Shown here in pieces: positions 13,379 through 33,509 of a DNA stretch of 64,000 nucleotides. A program made the position numbers and the translations under genes. The notes under the pieces were generated by a model, which was given only the letters and a program-made list of their open reading frames with translations, was not told where the DNA came from and ran no database searches. Location: NCBI RefSeq assembly GCF_009914755.1, contig NC_060946.1. One strand, written 5' to 3'. The stretch comes from the human T2T-CHM13v2.0 reference genome, Homo sapiens. Position 1 is the first letter of the stretch; each line of letters opens with the position of its first letter.

Positions 13379-13660
13379 GGCTGGGTGCAGTGGCTCACGC
13401 CTGTAATCCCAGCACTCTGGGAGGCTGAGGGCTGCAGATCATGAGGTCAGGAGATCGAGACCATCCTGGCCAACATGGTGAAACTCCTTCTCAACTAATT
13501 TTTTAATAGCTGGGTGTAGTGGCAAGCGCTTGTAATCCCAGCTACTCGGGAGGCTGAGGCAGGAGAATCCATTGAACCAGGTAGTCAGAGGTTGCAGTGA
13601 GCTGAGATTGCACCACTGCACTCCAGCCTGATGACAGAGTGACATTCCATCAAAAAAAAA
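13379..13660 (+). mobile_element. Alu (AluSc-like), full length
   Basis: GGCTGGGTGCAGTGGCTCACGCCTGTAATCC...GAGATCGAGACCATCCTGGCCAAC...poly(A). Confidence 0.92.
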
Positions 13661-14437
13661 TTATATATATGAAACCAAAAAGGAGCACACATAGTCAAGG
13701 CAATCCTAAGCAAAAAAGAACAAAGCTGCAGGCATCAGGTTGCCTGGCTTCAAATTACACTACAGGGCTATAGTAACGAAAACAGCATAATATTGATAAA
13801 AACAGACACATAGACAAATGGAGCAGAATAGAGAGCCCAGAAACAAGGCTGCACATCTATGCCATGTGATAATTGACAAGGCTGACAAAAACAAGCAATG
13901 AGAAAAAGATTATTTATTCAATAAGTGGTGCTGGAATAATTGGCTGGCAACATGTGGAAGATTGAAGCTGGACCCCTTATTTACATCATATACAAAAAAA
14001 AATCAACTCAAGACTGATTGAAGACTTAAATATAAAATCTTTATGTATAAAAACCATGAAAGACAATCCAGGCAATACCATCCTGGATATAGGAATGGGC
14101 AAAGATTTCATGATAGAAAGACCAAAAGCAACAGCAAGAAAAGCAAAAATTAACAAGTAGGATTTAATTAAAGTAAAGAGATTTTGCATAGCAGAAAAAA
14201 AACTATTAACAGAGTAAACAGAAAACCTATGGAGTGGAAAAAAAAATTTGTAAACTATCCATCTAACAAAGGTCTAATATCTAGCATCTATAAGGAACTT
14301 AAATTTACAAAAGAAAAACAACCCCATTAAAAAGTGGGCAAAGACATGAACGGACAGTTTTCGAAAGAAGACATACGTGAGGCCAACAAGTGTATGAGAA
14401 AAAGCTCAGAATCAATGATAGTTAGAGAAATGAAAAT

Positions 14438-14639
14438 TAAGTGATCCTTGTGCCTCAGTCTCCCAAATAGCTGGGACTACAAGCAAGCACCACAATGCCC
14501 AGCTAATTTTTGAATTTTTAGTAGAGATGGGGTTTTGCCATGTTTCCATGGCTGGTCTCGAACTCCTGAGCTTAAGTGATCTGCCTGCCTCAGCCTCCCA
14601 AAGTTTTGGGATTACAAGTGTGAGCCACCATGCCTGGAC
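14438..14639 (-). mobile_element. AluJ fragment lacking its 3' end
   Basis: AAGTGATCCTTGTGCCTCAG...GAACTCCTGAGCTTAAGTGATC...GAGCCACCATGCCTGGAC. Confidence 0.85.
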
Positions 14640-14724
14640 TCCATTATTCAATCTAAGAACTGCATGCAGAAATGTGTTCAGGTTTTAAAATTTTATTCAC
14701 TTCTGCACTGATACTTTCAAACCA

Positions 14725-14853
14725 AATTTTATAGCAGCATCATTTACAGTAAAAAATTTAAAAAGAAATCCAGATATCTTCTAAGAGTCAAACAGATGAA
14801 GAAAATATGGTATATACACACAACAGAATATTATTTATCCTTAAAATGAATGT
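14725..14853 (+). mobile_element. L1M 3' region fragment
   Basis: TTTATAGCAGCATCATTTACAG...GAAAATATGGTATATACACACAACAGAATATTATT. Confidence 0.7.
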
Positions 14854-15869
14854 GGGGGGGAGGAGCCAAGAAGGCCGAATAGGAACAGCTCCGCTCTACA
14901 GCTCCCAGTGTGAGTGACGCAGAAGACGGGTGATTTCTGCATTTCCAACTGAGTTACCAGGTTCAACTCACTGGGGAGTGCCAGACAGTGGGTGCAGTGC
15001 ACCGTGCATGAGCCGAAGCAGGGCAAGGCATTGCCTCACCAGCGAAGTGCAAGGGGTCAGGGAATTCCCTTTCCTAGTCAAAGAAAGTGGTGACAGATGG
15101 CATCTGGAAAATCGGGTCACTCCCAACCTAACACTGTGCTTTTCCAACAGGCTTAAAAAATGTCACACCAGGAGATTATATCCTGCACCTGGCTCAGAGA
15201 GTCCTACGTCCACGGAGCCTCACTCATTGCTAGCACAGCAGTCTAAGACCAAACTGCAAAGTGGCAGTGAGGCTGGGGGAGGGACGCCCGCCATTGCTAA
15301 GGCATGAGTACGTAAACAAAGTGGCCAGGAAGCGGGAACTGGGTGGAGCCCACCACAGCTCAAGGAGGCCTGCCTGCCTCTGTAGGCTCCACCTCTGGGG
15401 GCGGGGCACAGACATACAAAAAGACAGCAGTAACCGCTGCAGACTTAAATATCCCTCTCTGACAGCTTTGAAGAGTGTAGTGGTTCTCCCAGCTTGCAGC
15501 TTGAGATCTGAGAATGGACAGACTGCCTCCTCAAGTGGGTCCCTGACTCCTGAGTAGCCTAACTGGGAGGCACCCCCAAGTATGGTTGGACTGAAACCTC
15601 ACACAGCCTGGTACTCTTTTGAGACAAAATTTCCAGAGGAACAATCAGGCAGCAGCATCTGCAGTTCACCAATATCCGCTGTTCTGCAGTGAGCGCTGCT
15701 GATAAGCAGGCAAACAGGGTCTGGAATGGACCTCCAGTAAACTCCAACAGACCTGCAGCTGAGGGTCCCAACTGTTAGAAGGAAAACTAATAAACAGAAA
15801 GGACATTCACACCAAAAACCCATCTGTACATAACCATCATCAAAGCCCAAGTTAGATAAAACCACAAAG
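14854..15869 (+). promoter_or_regulatory. L1 5'UTR internal promoter region (long, ~1.02 kb form)
   Basis: Canonical L1PA 5'UTR retaining the GAGACAAAATTTCCAGAGGAAC...CCTCCAGTAAACTCC segment (~15614-15742) that younger L1s lack. CpGs are largely decayed. Confidence 0.8.
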
Positions 15870-16784
15870 ATGGGAAACAAATAGAACAGAAAAACTGGAA
15901 ACTCTAAACTTCAGAGCACCTCTCCGCCTCCAAAGGAACACAGCTCCTTACCAGCAATGGAACAAAGCTGGATGGAGAATGACTTCGATGAGTGGAGACA
16001 AGAAGGCTTCAGATGATCAAACTTCTCTGAGCTACAGGAGGAGATTCGAACCAATGGCAAAGAAGATAAAAACTTTGAAAAAAAAATAGATGAATGGGTC
16101 ACTAGAATAACCAATGCAGAGAAGTCCCTAAAGGACCTGATGGAGCTGAAAACCAAGGCATGAGAACTACGTGATGAATGCAGAAGCCTCAGTAGCCGAT
16201 GCGATCAACTGGAAGAAAGGGTATCAGTGATGGAAGACAAAAGGAATGAAATGAAGCGAGAAGAGAAGTTTAGCAAAAAAGAATAAAAAGAAATGAACAG
16301 AGCCTCCAAGAAATACGGGACTATGTAAAAAGACCAAATCTATGTCTGATTGGTGTACCTGAAAGTGACGGGTAGAATGGAACCAAATTGGAAAACACTC
16401 TGCAGGATATTATCCAGGAGAACTTCCCCAATCTAGCAAGACAGGCCAACATTCAAATTCAGAAAATACATAGAAGTCCACTAACGTACTCCTCGAGAAT
16501 AGCAACTCCAAGACACATAATTGTCAGATTCACCAAAGTTGACATGAATGAAAAAATGTTAAGGGCAGCCTGAGAGAAAGGTTGGGTGACCCACAAAGGG
16601 AAGCCCATCAGACTAACATCTGGGGGCCAATATTCAACATTCTTAAAGAAAAGAATTTTCAACCCAGAATTTCATTTCCAGCCAAACTAAGCTTCATAAA
16701 TGAAGTAGAAATAAAATACTTTACAGACACGCAAATGGTGAGAGATTTTGTCTCCAACAGGTCTGCCCTAAAAGAGCTCCTTAA
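15870..16784 (+). pseudogene. L1 ORF1 remnant, 5' part (stops, frameshifts, small deletion near 16618)
   Basis: Fragment ENTLQDIIQENFPNLARQANIQIQ (16388); WGPIFNILKEKNFQPRISFPAKLSF. Confidence 0.9.
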
Positions 16785-20019
<3,235 letters not shown>

Positions 20020-20161
20020 AAAAGAGCTCCTTAAAGAAGCGCTAAACATGGAAAGGAACAACTGGTACCAGCCACTGCAAAAACATGCCAAATTGTAAAG
20101 ACCATTGAGGCTACAAAGAAACTGCATCAACTAACGAGCAAAATAACCAGCTGACATCTTA

Positions 20162-23995
<3,834 letters not shown>

Positions 23996-24229
23996 ACAAT
24001 GAGAACACATGGATACAGGAAGGGGAACATCACACACCATGGACTGTTGTGGGTTAGGGGAAGGGGGCAGGGATAGCATTAGGAGATATACCTAATGCTA
24101 AATGATGAGTTAATGGGTGCAGCACACCAACATGGCACATGTATACATATGTAACAAACCTGCATGTTGTGTACATGTACCCTAAAACTTATAGTATAAT
24201 AATAATAAAATAAAATAAAAATATATAAA

Positions 24230-25250
24230 AGAGAGGAAGTAAGCCATGCTGATTCCTGATGAGAAAGCATTCCAAGCAAAGGGGACCACACATGCAAAGG
24301 CCCTGAGGCAGAAGCACAACTGCCTGGTGTCTTTGAAGATTGAAAAATAGAGGGGAGACTGACTGGACTAGACATCAGAGAAGTGTCAGGGGACAAGATG
24401 GTTTAAAACATTCCTAGCCATGGAAGGCTTTAAGCAGATGAAAACATTATTTGCCTTATGCTTTGAAAAGACTTACTCTGGATCACCTGAGGTCAGGAGT
24501 TTGAGACCTGCCTGGCCAACATGGCAAAACCCCATCTCTATTAAAAACACAAAAATTAGCAAGGCTTGGTTGTGCATGCCTGTAGTCCCAGCTACTTGGG
24601 AGGCTGAGGCAGGAGAATCACTTGAACCCAGGAGTTAGAGGTTGTAGTGAACCCAGATTCCACCACTGCACTCCAGCCTGGGCGACAGAGGAGACTCCGT
24701 CTCAAAAAAAAAAATAAATAAATAAATAAGGACTTACTCTGGTTGCTCAGTGAAGAAAAAAGTACAGGGAGAAAGAGAAAGTGGGAGAGGAGTTGGGAGG
24801 CTATTTCCATAATCCATGAAAGCAATGACGTAAAGTGAAGCAGGGTGTACATAATGGGTGTGGCAAGGGAAGCTCAGATTCTTAATACAGTTCAACAGTG
24901 TATGCCGATATGAGGTGTAAGAAACAAAGAGGGGTCAAGACAAGTTTTCTGGCCTAATGGCTGGTACACTGGAAGTGCTATTTACTGAGACGGAGACGAC
25001 TGAGGAGTGTTGGGCCCAGGGGTTGAAGGTGGAGGATCAAGAATTCCCTTATGGATGTGTGGTAGTTGAGTTGTCTATTAGTCTTCCAAGTGGTGATAAT
25101 CGGCAGATAATTAGATATGAGTCTAAATTTTAGAGGAGAGGTAGGAGCTGGAAATATGTGTTCATGGACCATGCACATATACATGGAATTTAATGCCATT
25201 GGGCTTCATGAGATCACAGAGGCAGGAGTGCACCAAGAAAAACGGTTGAG
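24230..25250 (-). mobile_element. L2 fragment(s) interrupted by an Alu
   Basis: AGCATTCCAAGCAAAGGGGACCACACATGCAAAGGCCCTGAGGCAG; GGAGGCTATTTCCATAATCCATG; GAGCTGGAAATATG, typical of antisense L2. Confidence 0.75.
24481..24730 (+). mobile_element. 5'-truncated AluS with TSD
   Basis: GATCACCTGAGGTCAGGAG...poly(A)/(AATA)n; TSD GACTTACTCTGG at 24470-24481 and 24731-24742. Confidence 0.92.
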
Positions 25251-25849
25251 AATGGTTAAAAGGTAAAAGTTCCTTCTACATTTTGAATTTATAGAAATAA
25301 TGAAACAGTAGCCAGTTGCTGAAACGCTACCCAGTTCAGAGTAAAACAAATTTCCTATTTTATCAAATCATTGAATGCCATTTAAAATTCATAATACTTG
25401 CAGAGATCCCAAATATCTTAATAAAGATGAAAGCCCAAGTTCACATTGGTGGCCTAGACTCTGCCTTCCCTGATCGTCTATTTAAAAATAACAATAATGA
25501 TAATAATAAGAAGAAATATTCATGGATCACTAGATATGGTGAAATACACTCAAAGGTAGTTTCATTTCTTTTCTACTATACCCTTGTAACTATCAGTCTA
25601 TAAAATAGTTTTATTAGAAAGGCACAGTCACCCTCAAGCCAATAGCAGCTTATAAACACGGGGCAAGGAGCCTGGTGTGGGGAGGCTGAGAAATAATTGA
25701 GAGAACCAGTAGATATGAAGCTAACAACACTGTCGAGCAGAATGAGGCAGATAAGCCAGAGGCAGTGCAAATGGCCGGTCAAGACAGGTAGACAGACAGA
25801 AGTCAGGAGTGAGAGACGGGAGGTGCAAAGTGCAATAAAACACTCAAGA

Positions 25850-26300
25850 ACCAGTGAATCCATGGGAGCTTACTGCGAGGGGGCGCATGAAGGGAGGAGC
25901 ATCCAGGTAGAGGGGAAGGAATGGAGGTGTAAGCAGGAGGCAGAAGGGCACAAGCTATTTGATATGTTTGGAGAGCGAGGTGCTTTTCTGAGGCTGAGAA
26001 AATAACTGGAAGCCAGAATCTGGAGGACTGGGTAGACCATGTTAAACAGCAAGCACTTGATTCTGCACGTGTTGGACGCCAGTGCAGGGCTTCTAAGCAA
26101 GGCAGTGACATGATCACATCACATTTTAGGAAGGGTACAAATTAGGCATGGCCACAGGCAGGAAGACCCGAGAGATCTCTTACAGTCAGGGATAAGAGTC
26201 TAAACGACAAGGTGGCCATGAACAAAGAAAGAAGACTGAAGAGACTTTAGAGGGCAGGCCCCACGGGACCTGAGTGAAGGGGTTTGGGAGACTCACAGCT
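25850..26300 (-). mobile_element. L2 fragment
   Basis: AAGCAAGGCAGTGACATGATCACATCACATTTTAGGAAG and similar L2-like purine-rich text. Confidence 0.55.
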
Positions 26301-28418
26301 TTCTGCTGTGAAGTCAAGGATATCACAAACTATCGGAATGAAAGAAACAGTCCTAGGGCTAGGGGTAGGTGGATGAATGTGGCTCCATTTTGAACAAGAG
26401 GAGAAAATTCAGGTAATTCATTTTGATTGATCAAGCAAAATAATTTGCAGCTGAACATTACAGAAGCAACAACAATTCTTATGATATTAGGGTATAGGAA
26501 ACAGGCTCAAGAAAGCACAGTATTTCCTGTTTCTCTTCTGATTCAATAAATAATATTTTCTGTTAAGGTTTTTCATAACTGTTATTTTAATTAATCAAAA
26601 GGAGACAAGATAAATTTGAAATTAAAAGCATAAGAAAATCAGTTGTCTTTTTAGAAAAGGTGAGTCAGTATTTCCTATGGTCTTAAATCATCCTTCAAAT
26701 AATGGTCCATGAAACAAATGAGATCCTACTTATCTAGCCTTTTCCTTGATAGATTAAAAACTGTACCAAAATCTTACTATATTGCAAAGACACTAGTTCA
26801 CTCAATTGAGAATCCTCAGTATACAAACATATAAATCAAGGGAACTTTAAAACCAATCATTGTGTTCAAAATGGGAAGATTATTCCAAATTTTTTCTACA
26901 TATTTTAGAATAATTTCACAGTTAAACACCCTGTAGCTTATAAAATCATTATCCAGTATTTAATAAAGTATATCTATAACAATATCAACATTGGAATTTA
27001 ACAGTTTACAAAGCACTTTTGATACATCACATTTACATGAAGGCGGCAACGAGTTCAGTACATTCATGCAGATTAGAAAACAGCAGTTTTTGAAGATTGT
27101 ATTTGTTCATGTAAGTCAGAAGGTTTGAACTATTTCCTACCCCTGCTATGGGTTTAAGCCTAAGAAATGTTATTCATTATGATTTGGTCTTTAAATAAAT
27201 CACGAAGGTAGAGGGTAGAGCACACCCCATGAATGCATTGAGGTGCCGTAAGGCTCCAACGCCAGAGGCGGCAGGTTGGAATTTAGTTCAATCACGAACT
27301 TGTTATGAGAACTCTGACAAGCTTCAGCTCTAAAGTAAGCTTGGAAACACAAAGAAACTCTGCTAAAAATACTGAACACAGACACACACACACACTCCTC
27401 TCTTTTAAGACTGGCATAGAAGATGTAAGTGTACCAACAAGCAACCTCCAAAGAGCAAATGAAACAGAAAATTCAAATGAGTGCCTGGTAGGAGTTGTAA
27501 CTTCAACAAAGTGCCTCTCATATCTGCCTCATAAACCCGTACTCATTTTTCACAACTAACTCAAATAGCACCTCCTCAGTGACACCTTCCCTGTTCTGCC
27601 TACAGATATATCTGCAGACCTAGTTTATCCTCTCGCCCAGAACACAGGGCATCTTATACAGGGGGCTCTATCTACAAGGGGCTCTATGCTTTGACAGGAA
27701 CTGTGAACCTATGGGCAGCAGTTTTTCAATTCATGTTTGTGGCTCTCATTACAAATGTCCTGCCTCAGGCACCCAGCAGGTGGTAATAAATGCTGGTTGA
27801 ACACTAAAACCTTGGAATGCTACATCATTATTCTAAAGGATAGTCATTTTTTAAAACATTTTGGAAGTTCTTTTGAAACTGACTTTTTAGATTATGAAAA
27901 TATCTCAGTGATAGGTTTTGATTTTCCAAGTTAGACCTTATTTTATTTTAGAAACCGTCAAAGTTATACAAAACCAAGCATGTGTCTCTGTGCATTTTGT
28001 TTTCTCTCCTCCCTTAATGGTAAGGAAGGGTTTCATCTCTTTTATAGGCCAAATGCTCCACAAATGAATGTGTTAACGAATGAACAAATTAATAAATGGC
28101 AAGAATGAGAGCTCAAACTGCATAAAAGTATACTTACTTAAAAACGAGATGTGACGATTGCTAACATGTCATAACCAGACTCTGTCCTGACTTCGGCAAG
28201 CCACAACTTTGACAATAAAGAGGAAAGAGGATCAAGTCCCTAAATACCGCAGGTGCACTAAGACCTTCTCACGTGCCCGAAGAAGATACACTTGCAGAGG
28301 AGAAATGATGATGCAGAGGCCTGCTCCGAGATGCAGGAGGAAGTTTAATTGCCTGTGAATTTGACTGGAATGGAAGTCAAACGAGGTTTGAAAGGAAATA
28401 GAGATTGTTAAACTCCTG

Positions 28419-28630
28419 ACTAGGCGATAACTGCCGTCCTTCTCTTCTATCTGTCCCTGTTACTAGGCAATAACTGCCCTCCTTCTCTTCTATCTGCCCC
28501 TGTGACTAGGTGATAACTGCCGTCCTTCTCTTATATCTGCCCCTGTGACTAGGCGATAACTGCCCTCCTTCTCTTCTATCTGTCCCTGTGATTAGGCGAT
28601 AACTGCCCTCCTTCTCTTCTATCTGCCCCT
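28419..28630. repeat. 43-bp minisatellite, ~4.9 copies
   Basis: Unit ACTAGGCGATAACTGCCCTCCTTCTCTTCTATCTGYCCCTGTG starting at 28419, 28462, 28505, 28548 and 28591. Confidence 0.97.
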
Positions 28631-28829
28631 ACCTTGGGCCCCACATGACTCAGCACTAAAGTGCCTTGAGCAGGCTCCAGCCCAAAAGTGGCCTCCACGG
28701 GCACCACTTCCCTCTCTGCTGTCATGCCTTGCTTTCCTCCTGGCAGGGAAGAAGGAAGGAAGGAAAGAAGACCCTGACCTGGAATCATACACATCATCGC
28801 AATTCATCCACACCACAGTCCTGTAAGGT

Positions 28830-28950
28830 ATGTGCCATTGTACTCAGAAAACTGAGGCTCAAAGAGATTGAGCAACTTACCTAAGACCTCACAGGTCCTG
28901 AGAGCAGAGCCTGGATTTCAAACACCTGGGAGACTCTGAAATCCATGTTA
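28830..28950 (+). mobile_element. MIR core
   Basis: AGAAAACTGAGGCTCAAAGAGATTGAGCAACTTACCTAAGACCTCACAG...AGAGCCTGGATTTCAAAC. Confidence 0.75.
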
Positions 28951-30413
28951 GCTCTTCTATATATGGGCCCAAAATGCAGCTGTACACCAGCAAGACTGAC
29001 TTCCTCTTGTGGCTTATCACTATCTCTGAATACAAGAATCTTCAAAATGCTTTATAAACAATAGTAGCATCATGGGAATAAGTTCGCAAGTTCCCAGAAT
29101 TACTGTTTTAGATGCACTTGAACTTTTTCTCCTTGTATAGAGTCAGGAATAAGGAAAAAGGATCCAAAGGAGAAGGAGAAAAATAAAACGGGACTGAGCC
29201 TTATACTTCTGGACCAGAACAGATAATGTTGGGATTTTCCTTCCTTTTTTTCCAGACAAATCCAATAAAGACGTCTGTTTCTGTTACCTAAAACCAACTT
29301 GAAAAGTTTGCTCCCTCCTACCTTAAGCGGCTTTGTATAGAGCCCACAGTTGAACGTTGGTTCCAATGGCAAAGGTTAATTTCAAAGTTTTTATAGTGTT
29401 ATTCAAAGCACGTTTGATTTCAGCCTTGGCAACCATGGGCAGAATGTCAGCAATGCTCCCTCTATTAGCTATTGGAGAGAAAACACTGTGAAACTCTAAG
29501 ACCTTGGTTATTGGGCCAATGAAACATTTATGCCCTGATCAGATGGAGGAAAACTTCAGCAGGGTTAGTGAGACACCTTCCGAGTGTACCAATGAAGCTC
29601 TTGCCTGCTGTTACAGATAAATGACTTTCATTTCACTATTGGCTTGTGCTTGAGAAGGTTATTCAATTGATTCCAGTTTTTTGCAATGCCTTGAAGGCAA
29701 ATAATGTTGTAGCATCCACTGTCCTCATAATACACTGTTTCTTTTCTAAGGAAGGTTGTTGTTATAATACCCTAGATATCAACAGAAAATATTCCACTTC
29801 TTATCATATATTAATTTGGCTCTGGAATAAGTAAATGTAACTACCAGAATGCTAATGAGGATGTTACGCTGATGTTTATTTGTGTGTTCTAATCTGTAGA
29901 TAAACAGCAAGATCTCTTATAATTCATGATTCCAAGTCTCAGGCCACAGCAGGACAAGCATCAAAACATCTATTCTCAATTCGGAGTTGAGATTTCTAAT
30001 AAGAATTATATTTTATCCATAATCATAAAATAGCACCAGAAAAAGTCAATATCTAAAAATACAGATCATTGAAAAATAGATCTTTCTGCCCTTAACATAA
30101 ACAAACTGTAAAATCTGAAGTTAAAATTATTCCTTGTACCAGCCTCCTAATTTACCCAGAGTTAACAGAAAAGTTATAGCAGTGCATGAAGCTCTGAGGT
30201 TTTGATGGGTGTAGATATAGACATCCAATTCTGCCATTTCACACTAGTCAGAATACCAGTCATAGAAATCCCACAGGAAAAATCATTTCTGAAGGTATCT
30301 GGTCTTATGGATTATAAAATTAAACTTTCTTATCATTGTACCTAAACCGAAATATGCTTCCTATACAAAGAAGTTTTCTTTCAAGAGTTAAGACCACCTC
30401 CCGCCATCCCCCT

Positions 30414-30415
<2 letters not shown>

Positions 30416-30482
<67 letters not shown>
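30416..30482. repeat. Compound (CA)n(GA)n microsatellite
   Basis: Seen directly in the sequence. Confidence 0.97.
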
Positions 30483-32200
30483 ATTGAGAGCATTAGTGGT
30501 TTTCTCCCTTAGACTGATTTTTTCTTGCTGTTATTTTTAGCCACTTTGTTAACGGTGGGGTTAAAGGGCAGGATAGATGTAACACCCATTTAACATACAT
30601 GTTGCAACATCAGAGATGCTAGTCTTCGTTAAAAATACTAGTTCTAAATTCCTTCTAAAATATATTTTTAAAAATCAGTACACTTGGTACCTTGGAAATG
30701 CTGAAATGTTATCATGAATGCTGGTTATTTGTTATGAGTCAACTGACTATTATCTTCAATATAAACTATAATTTACTGGTCTGAACACTCTTCCTATCTT
30801 ACCTGTATATACTCAAAGGGAGTAACTTCTCATGTTTAGCAAATTGTTCTTTAGATAATTTGTTCTTTAGCTTTTTTGTACAAAAGTACAAAATAGTTAT
30901 CACAGCAAACTTTCCAGTATTTATTATTTTGAAGGTATATATTTTGGAGTGAACTTTTTTTTTTGCCATGTCAGGCTTGAGCAGGATAGCAAATATATAA
31001 ATTGAGCTCTCTAATTATAATCTCAATATATGAATTCTTGCTAATTAAAATACTTTGCACAAGCAAAAACAATTGCCACGTATGTGTTTAGGAGGTAGTT
31101 AAGTAACTCCATATAAAAATAAGTGCACTTTCCCCTCCTTTCTTCAGTGACTAGAAAACTTCCATACTTTTAAAATAATCAAATAATAATTTAGAGAGCA
31201 ACAGCCCTCAACTCTTTGCTGGTGCTTATCACACTGCCTTTCTTCACTCCATTCTTAGCTCTGCTAGTTTCTTCTTGTCTGTAATGATAATAAGGGAATG
31301 TGGGTGGGTCAGCACTTCTGTGTAGGTCCCCTTTCCAAATTTACCTTCCAAAAAGCCAACCAAATAAACAACCAAAAAATTGTGCAACAAAACACAAATA
31401 GCATTCCAACAGCTTGGCAAGTGATGCATTCACCTGAGATTGAGTGGTTTTAGGCGGTCAGTAACAAAAGGCTTCTTTGCTGTCTCAGTAGAAAGGCAAC
31501 AAATTCTTCAAAGAAACCAAGAAGGTTACTGCCTTGACAACGTCTCTCATTACCGTCCTCCTCTTATGTCCTTTCTCTCCACATTATCTGTTGTGTGTCT
31601 ACTATAGAAGGCTACAAAACATACAGCAGAAAGGATGGCTTGAAGGCAATTGGTGTTTGTAAATAAATTCACAACAAGGTCCAAGCTGAAGAGGTGAACA
31701 CATCAGCCGGGTGGGACAATTCTCAGCATGTGCAAACATAGGCAAATTCTAGCCTATGTTACATTGAAAACAATGTCAGTGCATTTTTTTCATGTTAAAG
31801 ATTTTTTAAAAGCTAAAGCGTGTTCTTTGCTTTGCTGACCACAAACAAGTTTTAAGAGTTTCGGAAGTCTGGCAAAAATAGAAAAAAAAAAAAAAAAAAA
31901 AAAAGCTGAAGCAACATTGAACCGCACAATGTAAGCTTTGGGCATGCACAAATTTTCAAAACAAAGGAAGGAAATCATCCCTCTCTACAACATGGTTAGG
32001 CTGATTTTTAAGAAATAAAATGTAAGATATCAGAAAAGCAAATGTTTGGCACCTACATATCCAATATCTGGCACCGTGCAGAGTAGAAGAGTGAAAGAAA
32101 TAATGAAGAACAAAGTGGTTACTTTGCTTCAGGAGTTCATGATCTATAGTTAGAAACCAATATAAACATTTTGAGTATATTTCAAAGAAAGAGAAAAGCA

Positions 32201-32340
32201 GGCCGGCTGTGGTGGCTTGCACCTCTAGTAATAACACTTTGGGAGGCTGAGGTGGGAAGATTGCTTGAGCTCATGAGTTTGATACCAGCCTGAGAAACAT
32301 AGTAAAACCTCATATCTATAAAGAAATTAATTTAAAAAAA
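32201..32340 (+). mobile_element. FLAM/AluJ left monomer
   Basis: GGCCGGCTGTGGTGGC...GGGAAGATTGCTTGAGCTCATGAGTTTG...A-rich end. Confidence 0.85.
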
Positions 32341-32817
32341 GGCAGAGCAAAAACAAATATGAAAGAAAACATTAGAAATCAGAGCTCGGGCAAAGAGTTC
32401 AACGTAAGCAAAGCAGCTCTGCCCTGGGGGACCTCTGGAGCATCCCGGCTTCCTGTAGAGGCCCCACCACATGGCCCTTTCCCATCACTGGGAACCGTCT
32501 TCTGGATCATGCCAGGATTTTCCCCCAAACTTCTCAACCTAATTTATTCAGCCAAAACATATATATTTCTTGAATCCTTACTAAAAGCAAGGCACTGTTC
32601 AACTTAATGAAAATATGTCAACGATATAAAACAAAAATGTTTACCCTATGCAAATTATATTCCAGTGAGAAAAGACAGATCATTAATAAAATAAATATGT
32701 AAAATATATAATATGCCAGAAGGTAATAAGTGGCACAGAGAAAAATTAAGTTTGGAAGGGAGCTCAGGAATGCTGGGAGCAGGTAGATGTGAAGGTAGTT
32801 AGAATGCTCAAGGAGGG

Positions 32818-33189
32818 AGTAATAGGCAGAAGAATGGCCTTTTTACATGTCCATATCCCTATATGGCAAAAAGGACTTATGGATGTGATGAAGTTATGGA
32901 TCATGAGATGAGGAGATTATTCTGGATTACCCATGTTGGCCCAATGTCATCACAAGAGGACTTAAAAGCAAAAGAGGGAGGCAGGAGAGTCTGAGGCAAG
33001 AAGCGTGACAGCTAGGGTCAGAATGATGTGGTTGCTGCCTGGAAGGGGGCCAGGGGCCAAGGGATGCAGGCATCCTTTAAAAGCTGGAGAAGGTAAGAAA
33101 GTGTTCTCTCTCCCCTAGAGAGAGTGTGTGTTCTTTTAGGCTACTAGAGGTGTGCTAATTTATTCCAGCAATCATAGAAAACTTATATA
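32818..33189 (+). mobile_element. MaLR LTR (MLT1D-like) within L2-like sequence
   Basis: TATGGCAAAAAGGACTTATGGATGTGAT...GGAGATTATTCTGGATTACC...GCAATCATAGAAAACTTATA. Confidence 0.75.
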
Positions 33190-33509
33190 GATAAGGTCTC
33201 ACTGAGAAGATAACATTTGAACAAAGATTCCAAGGAGGTGAGGGCACCAGCTATGCAGATATCTGGGGAAGAGCACTCGAGGAAGAAAAGGCAGGCAAAC
33301 AGCAGGGTGCCTAGCCTATGTGCATGAAGTAGAGAACACTGGGAGTCAGAAGGCTAACAGGAGACAGGTCAGAGAGAGGGACTGGGGTGGGTCAACTCAC
33401 ACTCAGCCTCACTGGCTATTGTAAGAACTTCAAGTTATTCTGAGACACTCAGTATAGGAGAGTCTATGAATATTTATAGAAATTCTGAACGTTTACAAGA
33501 TGAATAAAA

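Larger units (their letters stand above)
11985..14437 (+). mobile_element. Older L1PA/L1PB ORF2 fragment (degenerate), interrupted by two Alus
   Basis: ACAAACTAGAAAAC...CTCCCAAGATTAAGCCAGGAAG; RT-like LFLFANNIILYLENP in ORF 12762; ends near TCAATGATAGTTAGAGAAATG. Confidence 0.9.

Noticed and set aside
15220-15294. L1 antisense ORF0
   Set aside because: The start MAGVPPPASL is present, but a TGA follows after 24 codons.
28419-28630. CRISPR-like array
   Set aside because: Head-to-tail units with no unique spacers, no cas genes and a primate context. It is a VNTR; the same applies to 40920-41202.
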